A stretch of 64,000 nt of DNA from positions 89,189 to 153,188 of the forward strand of contig JADHQL010000001.1 in assembly GCA_016777965.1 (NCBI GenBank), given 5' to 3'. This document shows, one piece after another, positions 1 through 9,766 of this stretch (within the stretch, counting starts at the first letter, position 1; each line of letters begins with the position of its first letter). The DNA comes from Fidelibacterota bacterium (GTDB lineage Bacteria; Fidelibacterota; Marinisomatia; Marinisomatales; Marinisomataceae). The notes under the pieces were generated by a model, which saw nothing but the letters and a program-made list of their open reading frames with translations, did no database searches and was not told the DNA's origin. A program made the translations under genes and the position numbers.

Positions 1-413
1 TCAAACATATGGTGTAGATTTAAATAATAAATCCTCATCCATGCTTCTCTACTAGGTGCATCTGATACAATAGCAAGCCTAATTCCAGATTTCATAAGGT
101 GATTCAATGTTCGATGTACGTTTGGATATGCTTTTAAATTGGCCTCTTTACCTCTTCTGTATGCTACAATGGCTGAAGCAAGGTATTTGTTATCAACATA
201 GCCAATTTGATCATTTAAGAATTTATCAAAAACTTGCTGATGCTCCCATCCCTCAGTCTCATAAATTGACATAACTTCCTTATAGGAATCTTCAATATCA
301 ATTTCAAGACCAGCTTCTTTCATTGATAAGAGAGCGTTCATTACCGCCTCTCTTTTCATTTTTATAAAATCTAAAAGTGTATTATCTAAATCAAATATTA
401 CAGCTTTGATCAT
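1..413 (-). CDS. HAD-superfamily hydrolase (phosphatase-like), 3'-truncated by window edge
   Basis: Not in the ORF track because it runs off the edge. My translation from the ATG at 413-411 gives MIKAVIFDLDNTLLDFIKMKREAV...GIRLAIVSDAPSREAW. It has the DxDxT motif I (FDLDNTL) and a motif II-like IVSDA. The start overlaps the stop of the upstream TPR gene (ATGA at 410-413). Confidence 0.6.
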   Translation of the reverse strand, partial: MIKAVIFDLDNTLLDFIKMKREAVMNALLSMKEAGLEIDIEDSYKEVMSIYETEGWEHQQVFDKFLNDQIGYVDNKYLASAIVAYRRGKEANLKAYPNVHRTLNHLMKSGIRLAIVSDAPSREAWMRIYYLNLHHMF

Positions 414-1615
414 TGCTCATATTTTTCAGGATTTCTTACACGATCAATTTCATATTCAGCCATCTTTCTCCAATCGCGATCATTTCGGGCTCTTTCAAAA
501 TGATTAATAGATACATTTTTATTTCCTGAGCCACTGCAATATTCAGCGATGCCGAGTTCAAACCAACCCCCGCCGAAGTTCTTTTTCAAATCTGTAGATT
601 CTAAGGCTGCTTCTTTAGCAGATTCGCAGTCACCTAGTTTATTGTAAGCTTCAGCTAAATGAAACCATGATAGATGTTCTTTTGGTTCAATTTCTACAGC
701 TTTCGATAATGCTTCAGCAGATTTTTCATAATTTTCGATTTTTGCATAAGAAATTCCTAATGAATGATATGCAAATGAATAATTTGGTTGTATATCAATA
801 GCCTTTTGAAAGCTTGTAATAGCTTTATCAAATTCTTCAGTATCAATGTAAATATCCCCTAAACTTTTGTGAGCTTTGAAATATTTGCTATTCAAACGAA
901 CTGTTTCTTTAAATGAATTCATAGCATTTTCAATATCACCATTCTCTTTATAAGCAAGACCTAAACTATACCAACCTTTATCATATGTCTTTTTGATATC
1001 TAAAGCCTTTAAGTAACTTTCAATTGCCATTGATAAATTTCCCATCTTTCTTTGAAGAACCCCAATCTGAAAATGAGCTTGGTATATTCTAGAGTTTATC
1101 ATTAGTACTTGATTGTATTTTGTTAGCGCTGACTCAAGATTTCCATTTTTATAATCTTCATTTGCACTGTTATAAAGCTTTTTAGCAACATTTGAGATTG
1201 ATTTTTTAGATTTATCGTATCCTGAATCTACTTGAAGAGATTTTTTATAAAAATCAACTGCAATCATAAACTCTTTCTTTCCTTCATAGGCTTTACCAGT
1301 TCCGTATAGAGATTCAGCAGAATTTGGAACACTTTGAAGTACATCACCAAACCCTTGGATAGCATCATCAAATCTTCCATCTTGAACAGCTCTATTCGCG
1401 TTATTCCTCGTATTTCTTAAGTTATTAAGCCTATCAAACTCTGATCTAAACTTTTCGTTTGATTTATCAGCTTCAATTGCAGCTCTAATTTTTTCTCCAG
1501 CAAGCTCAATATTTCCAGTTGAAAGAGCTTTTTGAGATTCTTCATATAATGCAACCGCCGAAGTTTGAGCGTATAAAGCAGAACAAGTTAAAAGTACTAA
1601 TATGAAATTTTTCAT
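410..1615 (-). CDS. Secreted tetratricopeptide-repeat (TPR) protein
   Basis: 401-aa ORF with a signal-like N-terminus MKNFILVLLTCSALYAQTS. It contains many ~34-aa TPR-like units (GNLESALTKYNQVL, GNLSMAIESYLKALDI, GDIENAMNSFKETVRLN, EEFDKAITSFQKAIDIQP, ENYEKSAEALSKAVEIEP). Confidence 0.7.
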   Translation of the reverse strand: MKNFILVLLTCSALYAQTSAVALYEESQKALSTGNIELAGEKIRAAIEADKSNEKFRSEFDRLNNLRNTRNNANRAVQDGRFDDAIQGFGDVLQSVPNSAESLYGTGKAYEGKKEFMIAVDFYKKSLQVDSGYDKSKKSISNVAKKLYNSANEDYKNGNLESALTKYNQVLMINSRIYQAHFQIGVLQRKMGNLSMAIESYLKALDIKKTYDKGWYSLGLAYKENGDIENAMNSFKETVRLNSKYFKAHKSLGDIYIDTEEFDKAITSFQKAIDIQPNYSFAYHSLGISYAKIENYEKSAEALSKAVEIEPKEHLSWFHLAEAYNKLGDCESAKEAALESTDLKKNFGGGWFELGIAEYCSGSGNKNVSINHFERARNDRDWRKMAEYEIDRVRNPEKYEQ

Positions 1616-1690
1616 TTTGTCACCTTATGTTTATTTCAAATTTTTCTTAATCTAATAATTCTTTTAAAAATAATGTTAGAAAAATATTCG

Positions 1691-1774
1691 TGCCGAAGGC
1701 GGGACTTGAACCCACACAGAGTTGCCTCCACTAGCCCCTCAAGCTAGCGTGTCTACCAATTCCACCACTTCGGC
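1691..1774 (-). tRNA. leuU: tRNA-Leu (anticodon GAG), class II with long variable arm
   Basis: The reverse complement GCCGAAGTGGTGGAATTGGTAGACACGCTAGCTTGAGGGGCTAGTGGAGGCAACTCTGTGTGGGTTCAAGTCCCGCCTTCGGCA folds as a cloverleaf. The anticodon loop is TTGAGGG. No CCA is encoded. It lies 5 nt downstream of secG. Confidence 0.93.
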
Positions 1775-1779
1775 AAAAA

Positions 1780-2130
1780 TTAGTTTGAGGAATCTTCTTC
1801 AGGAATCAACTCTCCCACTGATGGAAGAGAAAATTCTTGTGGAATCATTTCATCAACCTGCCTTGATTCAGCATCTTTTTGCAAAATAGACTCGGATGAT
1901 GGACTAGACTCTCCACTTAAAGCACCTATAAGCATTGCTAAACCAATAAATGCAATACCTAAACCTGTTGTTAATTTTGTAATGAAATCATTAGCTCCAG
2001 ATGATCCTAGCATAGAATTTGCTGTACCGCTCATCATAGAATTAAGTCCTCCTTGACCAGATTGCATCAAAACAACTACAATCAAAAGAATGCTAATAAT
2101 TGTATGTATCGTTATTAAAAATTGAATCAT
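1780..2130 (-). CDS. secG: Preprotein translocase subunit SecG
   Basis: 116-aa ORF with an N-terminal TM helix followed by LMQSGQGG and a second TM helix. It sits directly downstream of tpiA. Confidence 0.85.
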   Translation of the reverse strand: MIQFLITIHTIISILLIVVVLMQSGQGGLNSMMSGTANSMLGSSGANDFITKLTTGLGIAFIGLAMLIGALSGESSPSSESILQKDAESRQVDEMIPQEFSLPSVGELIPEEDSSN

Positions 2131-2131
2131 A

Positions 2132-2872
2132 TTACCTCATTTTATTTAACATATTTTTAAACTTTTCAAAATCTGCGCTAGCACTACCAATTAAAAACCC
2201 ATCTAACAATGAAATTGATGATAGCTCTTCAACAGAATTTTCGTCAATCGACCCTCCATAGAACAAACGAATGTTAGGCCTAGCTTCATCGGAATATAAC
2301 TCTTTTATTAAATTATTTATATATGAAAGAACATCTTCTATGTATTGCTTTGAAGCAACTAATCCAGTCCCAATTGCCCAAACAGGCTCATAGGCTATAT
2401 CAAGATTTTTTCCTGGTATTTGATCTGGTAAAATAGATAACTGTTTTTTAATTACTTCAAAAGTTTTATTCTCTTCTTTTTCATCAAGCTTTTCACCAAT
2501 ACATAGAATAACTGAACCTATTTGGTTTAAGCAATTATTAAGTTTCTTCTCAATTAATTCATTATTTTCATTAAAAATAGTTCTTCTTTCAGAGTGACCT
2601 ACAATACATGAATCTACTTTATGAGATGTAATAGAGTTTGAACCAGTAACAGCTCCACTAGTTTGTGCATCACAATCTTGCATTCCAATATTAATATTAT
2701 CAAACTCTTTGGCTAAATCTTGAACAATGCTAATAGCAGTATGACTTGGAAAAATCATAATTTCAAACTCTGAAAAAAGGTCTTTATTGGCATTTATTTT
2801 TAACATGAATTCTCTGGATTCATTGCTATTAAGGTACATTTTCCAGTTTGCAGCAAATATTTTCTTATTCAT
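2132..2872 (-). CDS. tpiA: Triosephosphate isomerase
   Basis: 246-aa ORF with AANWKM, GHSERR and YEPVWAIGTG motifs. It overlaps pgk by 4 nt. Confidence 0.95.
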   Translation of the reverse strand: MNKKIFAANWKMYLNSNESREFMLKINANKDLFSEFEIMIFPSHTAISIVQDLAKEFDNINIGMQDCDAQTSGAVTGSNSITSHKVDSCIVGHSERRTIFNENNELIEKKLNNCLNQIGSVILCIGEKLDEKEENKTFEVIKKQLSILPDQIPGKNLDIAYEPVWAIGTGLVASKQYIEDVLSYINNLIKELYSDEARPNIRLFYGGSIDENSVEELSSISLLDGFLIGSASADFEKFKNMLNKMR

Positions 2873-4071
2873 TTTTTTAACATCTCCAATGCTGGTAGTT
2901 TTCTACCAGATAGCATTTCTAAGCAAGAACCGCCTCCGGTAGATACGTGGGAAAACTGTTCAATTAAACTATTATCATAATTTCTTATAGCAGCTACAGT
3001 GTCTCCACCTCCAACAATTGAAGTTAATTGGTTTCCTATGATAGCATCAACAATTCTATTTGTTCCCACTGCAAAATTAGGATTTTCAGCTACTCCTACA
3101 GTACCATTCCATAATAAAGTTTGTGATGAAGATATAATATCAGAAAATAGCTTTATTGATTTTTCTCCAATGTCCTCACAGATCATATTTTCTGGAATAT
3201 CATTAGCATCAGCAACATTGATGTTGCCAGAACCAATTGAATCAAGCTCTCCTGCAAAATCTATTGGAAGTATAATTTTGGTTCCTTTTTTTGAGGCTTT
3301 TTTTAATAAATTTTTTGCTACATCAACCTTATCCTTTTCAGCTAAAGAAATACCGATTTCTTTGTTCATTGCAAGTAAAAACGTATTTGCCATAGCGCCA
3401 CCAATAATAATATTGTCTGCAAGATCTAAAAAATTCTCAATTACAGCAATTTTTGTATCTATTTTTGATCCTCCAATGATTAATGAAAGCGGTTTTGAAG
3501 GATTTGCAAGCTTTTCAGAAAGAAATTTCATTTCCTGCTCAATTAGAAGACCCATTCCCTTGGTAGCAAAATGTTTTGTAATACCAGAGTTTGAGGCATG
3601 GTCTCTATGAGCAGTTCCAAAAGCATCATTTATATAAATGGAGCCATGTCTAGCCAGTTGTGAAGCAAAATCTGAATTATTTTCAGTTTCTTCATTATAA
3701 AATCTTAAATTTTCTAGTAAATGTATTTCGCCATCTTTCAAATTTTTTGAAACATCAATAGCATCTTCAGATATGCAATCTTCAGAAAATTTTATTGGCA
3801 TTTCTAATAATTCAGCTAGCTTCTCGCCTGCAGGAATGAGAGAATATTTACTATTAAATTTTCCCTTAGGTCTTCCCATGTGTGACATTAAGACCACCTT
3901 TGCTCCTTGCTCTAAGCAATACTTTATGGTAGGAATAGATTTAAGTATTCTATAGTCGTCAGCGACTAATTCATTCTCAACTGGAACATTATAGTCAACT
4001 CGAATAAGAACTGTTTTTCCAGATGCCGTATTTGACGACTTAAAATCTATTGTAGAAATCTTACGCAACAT
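2869..4071 (-). CDS. pgk: Phosphoglycerate kinase
   Basis: 400-aa ORF with the motifs RVDYNVP, MSHMGRPKG, NLRFY and STGGGSCLE. Confidence 0.96.
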   Translation of the reverse strand: MLRKISTIDFKSSNTASGKTVLIRVDYNVPVENELVADDYRILKSIPTIKYCLEQGAKVVLMSHMGRPKGKFNSKYSLIPAGEKLAELLEMPIKFSEDCISEDAIDVSKNLKDGEIHLLENLRFYNEETENNSDFASQLARHGSIYINDAFGTAHRDHASNSGITKHFATKGMGLLIEQEMKFLSEKLANPSKPLSLIIGGSKIDTKIAVIENFLDLADNIIIGGAMANTFLLAMNKEIGISLAEKDKVDVAKNLLKKASKKGTKIILPIDFAGELDSIGSGNINVADANDIPENMICEDIGEKSIKLFSDIISSSQTLLWNGTVGVAENPNFAVGTNRIVDAIIGNQLTSIVGGGDTVAAIRNYDNSLIEQFSHVSTGGGSCLEMLSGRKLPALEMLKK

Positions 4072-4094
4072 GATTGCATAAGATACAAATTATT

Positions 4095-5450
<1,356 letters not shown>

Positions 5451-5536
5451 CTATTTATTTCGTCAATGAATGAAATTACAAAACATTAAAAAAAAGCAAA
5501 GAGTTTTTTAAAAAAAAATTAAAAAAGTAAAATAAT

Positions 5537-5564
5537 TTAGACATTTAATTCTGTGTGATATAAC
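5537..5564 (+). promoter_or_regulatory. Candidate sigma70-type promoter for tRNA(CAU)
   Basis: TTAGAC (5537-5542), 16-nt spacer, TATAAC (5559-5564), preceded by TGA (extended -10-like). The mature tRNA 5' end lies 13 nt downstream of the -10 element. Confidence 0.35.
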
Positions 5565-5577
5565 TTTAGCCGTTTAT

Positions 5578-5651
5578 GGCGGAGTAGCTCAGTTGGTTAG
5601 AGCAGCGGAATCATAATCCGAAGGTCGGGAGTTCAAATCTCTCCTCCGCTA
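5578..5651 (+). tRNA. tRNA with CAU anticodon (elongator Met or lysidine-type Ile2; not initiator-like)
   Basis: GGCGGAGTAGCTCAGTTGGTTAGAGCAGCGGAATCATAATCCGAAGGTCGGGAGTTCAAATCTCTCCTCCGCTA forms a 74-nt cloverleaf. The anticodon loop is ATCATAA. There is a G1-U72 wobble, no GGG/CCC anticodon stem and no encoded CCA. Confidence 0.9.
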
Positions 5652-6531
5652 CAAAAGTATCAATTAATTCAATCTCCTCTTTTGTAAGCACTAATTTATA
5701 ATATTCATTACTATATTTTTTATTGTAGTTGGGGTCATGTTGTATACTTTTATCTGGAATGTGAATCTGAGAACTTTTACCCTTATTTAAATATTGTGAA
5801 AATTGAATTATTTCAACAGAAACCTCCAATTTAAGCCATTTCAATAAATTTGTAATTTCTTCAATGGGATCAGTAGAAAATTCTTGTTGTGAAAAAAAAT
5901 ATAAGTTTTTGTTTGGATTTATACTGTTTATATAATGGTAAAACAATTCATAGAACTGTATTGCTCCTATCACATTGCTTGATATTTTATCACTAGCTTT
6001 AAACTCGTAAGATTTTATACTGTTTGGTGGAAAAAAATTTATTAAGTCTTTAAATTCTTTAAAGTCCCACTTCATTCTTTTAAAACTAGCAGCTAGAGGC
6101 ATCAAAGGCCTGTAACAAATTATTACTTTATGATTTAAGCATAGCTCTTTTGAACTAAATAATAAAAATGGATCTTTTATCAATAATTGATTAGCACTTG
6201 AGCTTTTTTTAGTCTTGAAATAGGATAAAGAGCTTTCATTTCCAAAAAAAGTCTTAAAGATTCTTTTTGCTAAACTATCATTCTTTAAATATCCTTTCTT
6301 AAAACTAGATTTAAATTGTACAAGATCTTTAAAGATCGATTGGAATTCATCAACAGAAATATTCTTGCCAGGATAAGGGTAATTGAATTGAACATCAATT
6401 ATGCCCTGGTTCGCGTTAAATGGCTCATAAATCATCGAAAACCCTTTAATAGATGATAGCACATTACCTAGTGGAGTTGTTCCTGATCTAGGTATACCAG
6501 AAATGATTATTGGTTTTTTGATATTTTTCAT
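5611..6531 (-). CDS. Sulfotransferase-family protein (PAPS-dependent, cytosolic type)
   Basis: 306-aa ORF. The N-terminal IIISGIPRSGTTPLGN resembles the 5'-phosphosulfate binding loop of sulfotransferases. Its last ~14 codons are antisense to the tRNA at 5578-5651. Confidence 0.6.
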   Translation of the reverse strand: MKNIKKPIIISGIPRSGTTPLGNVLSSIKGFSMIYEPFNANQGIIDVQFNYPYPGKNISVDEFQSIFKDLVQFKSSFKKGYLKNDSLAKRIFKTFFGNESSLSYFKTKKSSSANQLLIKDPFLLFSSKELCLNHKVIICYRPLMPLAASFKRMKWDFKEFKDLINFFPPNSIKSYEFKASDKISSNVIGAIQFYELFYHYINSINPNKNLYFFSQQEFSTDPIEEITNLLKWLKLEVSVEIIQFSQYLNKGKSSQIHIPDKSIQHDPNYNKKYSNEYYKLVLTKEEIELIDTFVAEERFELPTFGL

Positions 6532-6543
6532 ATTTTCAGGATA

Positions 6544-6981
6544 ATGTTATCATCTAAAAATAAAGAAAAAATATATATAAAATGTATCGAAAGTGTTAAA
6601 AGCACATCTGAAAGTAATAAGCTTAAATTTATCTCAAAATTGCTTTTTAAATCATTTGATAGTTGGATTTTTTGTGGTTTTTATGTTCAAGAAAATGATA
6701 AACTACTTGTATCAGAATATAGTGCAAACAAAATACCTTGCAGTCCTATTGAATTTAATGGAGTATGTGGTACTGCAATTTTAAAAAATAAAATTTTAAA
6801 TATTGGAGATGTAAATACTTTTCAAGGTCACATTGTATGTGACAACAATAGCAAATCAGAGCTTTGCATTCCCTTTGATATTGAAGGCATAAAATATGTT
6901 TTGGATATTGATTCAAATATATACGATGCTTTTTGTGAAATTGATGAGAAATACTTAGTAAAAATTATTAAAGAAATTTAA
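6544..6981 (+). CDS. msrC: GAF-domain protein, free methionine-(R)-sulfoxide reductase family (YebR/MsrC-like)
   Basis: 145-aa ORF. The pattern GVCGTA...GHIVCD...SELCIPF...VLDIDS matches my memory of the fRMsr/GAF family. Confidence 0.65.
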   Translation: MLSSKNKEKIYIKCIESVKSTSESNKLKFISKLLFKSFDSWIFCGFYVQENDKLLVSEYSANKIPCSPIEFNGVCGTAILKNKILNIGDVNTFQGHIVCDNNSKSELCIPFDIEGIKYVLDIDSNIYDAFCEIDEKYLVKIIKEI

Positions 6982-7407
6982 TTATTCTTTAATTTCTTCT
7001 TCAACTGGAGATTCTTCAGTAACATCTACTACTTTTTCAGTATCAAAATTAAATTTGTCTACAAATTCAATTAAAGATATTTTAGCAGCATCATTTGCTC
7101 TCGATCCAAGCTTAATAATTCTAGTATAACCTCCAGGTCTATCAGTGTAGCTTGGAGCAATTACATCAAAAAGAGTCTTAACTGCATCATTATTGTGGAT
7201 TTTTTTCAAAACTTCACGCCTATTATGAACAGTATGATTTTTAGCTTTTGTAATCATTGGTTCAATAAATTTTCTTAACTCTAGAGCTTTTTGATGTGTT
7301 GTCTTAATGCGCTTGTGTTCAATTAATGAACTAGCAAGGTTAGACATCATAGCTTTTCGATGTGCAGATAATTTACCAAACTTTCTTGATGATATTCTCT
7401 TTCTCAT
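6982..7407 (-). CDS. rplQ: 50S ribosomal protein L17
   Basis: 141-aa ORF beginning MRKRISSRKFGKLSAHRKAMMSNLASSLIEHKRIKTT. It is the last gene of the alpha operon and has an acidic C-terminal tail. Confidence 0.96.
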   Translation of the reverse strand: MRKRISSRKFGKLSAHRKAMMSNLASSLIEHKRIKTTHQKALELRKFIEPMITKAKNHTVHNRREVLKKIHNNDAVKTLFDVIAPSYTDRPGGYTRIIKLGSRANDAAKISLIEFVDKFNFDTEKVVDVTEESPVEEEIKE

Positions 7408-8369
7408 TATGCTTCGTCTTCAGTGTAAGGACTAGTATCCATTCCAAACTTTAATCCCATTGTTTCTAGTTTTTCAATAAGCTCGTTTAATGATTTTCTT
7501 CCGAAATTCTTATACTCAAGCATTTCAGTTTCTTCCTTATCAACAAGTTCACCAATTAAAGTAATACCTGCTGCTTCTAGACAATTATGACTTCTTACTG
7601 AAAGTTCCATTTCATCAATAGATGATTCTAGAAGTTTACGAATTTGTAGAATTTCTTCACTAACAGGTTTATCTATTTCTAGAATTGATGGATTACTTAT
7701 TGAATTAATAATATTATAATGTTCTGATAAAACAGATGAACAATAACTTACTGCATCAATCGGAGTAATAGATCCATCTGTTGATACGTTCAATGAAAGC
7801 ATCTCTGTGTCTTCTTTTGCTCCTGGAAGCGGAGAAACATTAAATGAAACTTTTGTCACTGGATTAAAAATACTATCAATAGGTATCATACCAACTGGGG
7901 AGTTATTTAATTTATTCTCATCGCTTGATTTATAACCCTTTCCAATTCCAAGTCTCAATTCGACTTCAAGTGTTGTACCTTTAGCAATATCTGTAATATG
8001 ATGATCCGGATTTAAAATAGTGAAATCATCGCTAACAGCCTGAATATCAGCAGCTGTAAAAGCATTAGGACCTATAACTTTTAAAAATATTGGTTCAACT
8101 GTACTCTCAAACAAGTGAAAACGTACGCCTTTTAAATTCATTATAATATCAGCAACGTCCTCTGTTACACCGTCAATAGTGGAAAATTCATGATGAGCAC
8201 CTTCAATTTTAACATTAGTAATTGCAGCGCCAGGCACAGCCGTAAGAAGAGCTCTTCTTAAAGAATTGCCGATAGTAATTCCGTAACCCCTATCTAATGG
8301 TTTAATAGTAAAATTACTTGAATTATCTTCATTAACTTTATGTGAAATTTTAAATTTTAAGTTACTCAT
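7407..8369 (-). CDS. rpoA: DNA-directed RNA polymerase subunit alpha
   Basis: The ORF track extends to 8402. The ATG at 8369 (MSNLKFKI...) is preceded by AAGGAAGAG and avoids overlap with rpsD. The GNSLRR motif and the C-terminal domain motif ELSVRSHNCL are present. Confidence 0.95.
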   Translation of the reverse strand: MSNLKFKISHKVNEDNSSNFTIKPLDRGYGITIGNSLRRALLTAVPGAAITNVKIEGAHHEFSTIDGVTEDVADIIMNLKGVRFHLFESTVEPIFLKVIGPNAFTAADIQAVSDDFTILNPDHHITDIAKGTTLEVELRLGIGKGYKSSDENKLNNSPVGMIPIDSIFNPVTKVSFNVSPLPGAKEDTEMLSLNVSTDGSITPIDAVSYCSSVLSEHYNIINSISNPSILEIDKPVSEEILQIRKLLESSIDEMELSVRSHNCLEAAGITLIGELVDKEETEMLEYKNFGRKSLNELIEKLETMGLKFGMDTSPYTEDEA

Positions 8370-8379
8370 ATCTCTTCCT

Positions 8380-8994
8380 TTATCTTGAATAGTATTCAAC
8401 AACTAATTGTTCGTTCATAGTTAAATCAATTTCATCTCGTTCTGGAAAACTAACAAATGTTCCTTCCATTTTTGCCTTATCGACAGATAACCATGAAATG
8501 TTTAAATCGCCTTTTACCATTTTAATCGCATTTAAAATAATATCTAATTTTTTACTCTTATCTCTAACTGTAATTGAATCGCCAGGCTTTAATCTAAACG
8601 ATGCAATATTAACTTTTTTGTTATTTACTAAAAAATGACCATGACTAACTAACTGTCTTGCAGCTGGTCTTGTCGGTGCAAAACCTAGCTTATATATTAC
8701 ATTATCTAATCTAGATTCAAGCATAACAAGAAGATTAAGCCCAGTTTCACCTTTCATTTGAGAAGCTTTTTCAAAATAGTTCCTAAACTGTTTTTCAAGC
8801 ATTCCATAAGTAAATTTAATTTTTTGTTTTTCTTTTAACTGAACAGAATATGTAGAGAATCTTTTACCAGATTTACCATGCTGTCCTGGACCATACCCTT
8901 TTTTTGATAACAATCTATCAAACTTAGGATTTCCAAAAATATTTACTCCAAGTTTTCTAACTAACTTGCCTTTAGGTGTATTTAATTTTGCCAT
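8380..8994 (-). CDS. rpsD: 30S ribosomal protein S4
   Basis: 204-aa ORF with LESRLDNVIY and QLVSHGHFLVN motifs. Confidence 0.97.
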   Translation of the reverse strand: MAKLNTPKGKLVRKLGVNIFGNPKFDRLLSKKGYGPGQHGKSGKRFSTYSVQLKEKQKIKFTYGMLEKQFRNYFEKASQMKGETGLNLLVMLESRLDNVIYKLGFAPTRPAARQLVSHGHFLVNNKKVNIASFRLKPGDSITVRDKSKKLDIILNAIKMVKGDLNISWLSVDKAKMEGTFVSFPERDEIDLTMNEQLVVEYYSR

Positions 8995-8997
8995 TCT

Positions 8998-9384
8998 TTA
9001 TACTCTTCTCTGTTTTTTAGGTCTACATCCGTTATGAGGTAATGGAGTAACATCAGAAATTGATGTAACTTGCAACCCTGCAGTAGATAAAGCTCTTATA
9101 GCTGATTCTCTTCCTGCGCCAGGACCTTTAACTCTTACTGCTACAGTAGTCATCCCCATACTTACAACTTCACTAGCAACTTTCTCTGAAGCAACAGTTG
9201 CTGCATAGGCAGTGTTTTTTCTAGAACCTTTAAAGCCTGCCTTTCCAGCTGTTGCCCAAGCAACAACATTACCAAATTCATCTGAAACTGTAATATTTGT
9301 GTTATTAAATGTTGCTTTAATATGCACAATACCGTTTGGATTAATTTTTTTCTTTTTCTTATTAGATCTAGTCTGCGTCGCCAT
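8998..9384 (-). CDS. rpsK: 30S ribosomal protein S11
   Basis: 128-aa ORF with [10 protein letters not shown]...[13 protein letters not shown] and PHNGCRPKK motifs. Confidence 0.97.
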   Translation of the reverse strand: MATQTRSNKKKKKINPNGIVHIKATFNNTNITVSDEFGNVVAWATAGKAGFKGSRKNTAYAATVASEKVASEVVSMGMTTVAVRVKGPGAGRESAIRALSTAGLQVTSISDVTPLPHNGCRPKKQRRV

Positions 9385-9385
9385 A

Positions 9386-9766
9386 TTATACTGCCTTCTT
9401 ACCTAATGAAATTGTTTGTCTTTTCTTACTTCTTTTTGTTCGAGAATTGGTTTTAGTTCTTTGTCCTCGAACTGGCAGAGATTTTCTATGTCTCACACCT
9501 CTATAGCTACCAATGTCTTGTAATCTTTTAACATTTTTTAAATTTTCACTTCTAAGCTCACCCTCAATAAGAAGCTTTAGTTCTACTATAACTTTTCTGA
9601 TTTCATCTTCTTGTTTTGATGATAAGTCAGTAACACGAGTATTAGGATCAACTTTAGCTTGCTCACAAATATCAAGAGCGGTCTTTAATCCAATTCCGTG
9701 AACATATCTTAAAGAATATGATACTTTTTTATCTTTTGGTATATCTACACCTGCTATTCTAGCCAT
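9386..9766 (-). CDS. rpsM: 30S ribosomal protein S13
   Basis: 126-aa ORF beginning [10 protein letters not shown], with [20 protein letters not shown]. Confidence 0.97.
   Translation of the reverse strand: MARIAGVDIPKDKKVSYSLRYVHGIGLKTALDICEQAKVDPNTRVTDLSSKQEDEIRKVIVELKLLIEGELRSENLKNVKRLQDIGSYRGVRHRKSLPVRGQRTKTNSRTKRSKKRQTISLGKKAV

Noticed and set aside
2999-3610. 203-aa plus-strand ORF antisense to pgk, the longest of many antisense ORFs in the track (others lie in gdhA, fusA, rpoB, rpoC, tuf, nusG, batD, the MFS gene and so on).
   Set aside because: It lies entirely within a well-supported conserved gene, starts at GTG with no RBS, and its product is a low-complexity S/P/I/F-rich shadow translation. 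In this antisense register a stop can only arise opposite Tyr, His or Gln codons preceded by a pyrimidine-ending codon, so long open shadows are expected. The same logic applies to the other antisense ORFs.
6593-6784. 63-aa plus-strand ORF nested out of frame in the GAF gene.
   Set aside because: It lies fully inside a better-supported, motif-bearing ORF on the same strand. It has no RBS and its product is hydrophobic with nonsense-like composition.
5578-6981. A genomic islet integrated at the tRNA(CAU) 3' end (sulfotransferase plus GAF gene).
   Set aside because: There is no integrase or recombinase and no direct repeat of the tRNA 3' segment at the far boundary near 6981. The GAF/fRMsr gene is a common housekeeping gene. 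I kept only the overlap and the 12-bp divergent spacing as observations.
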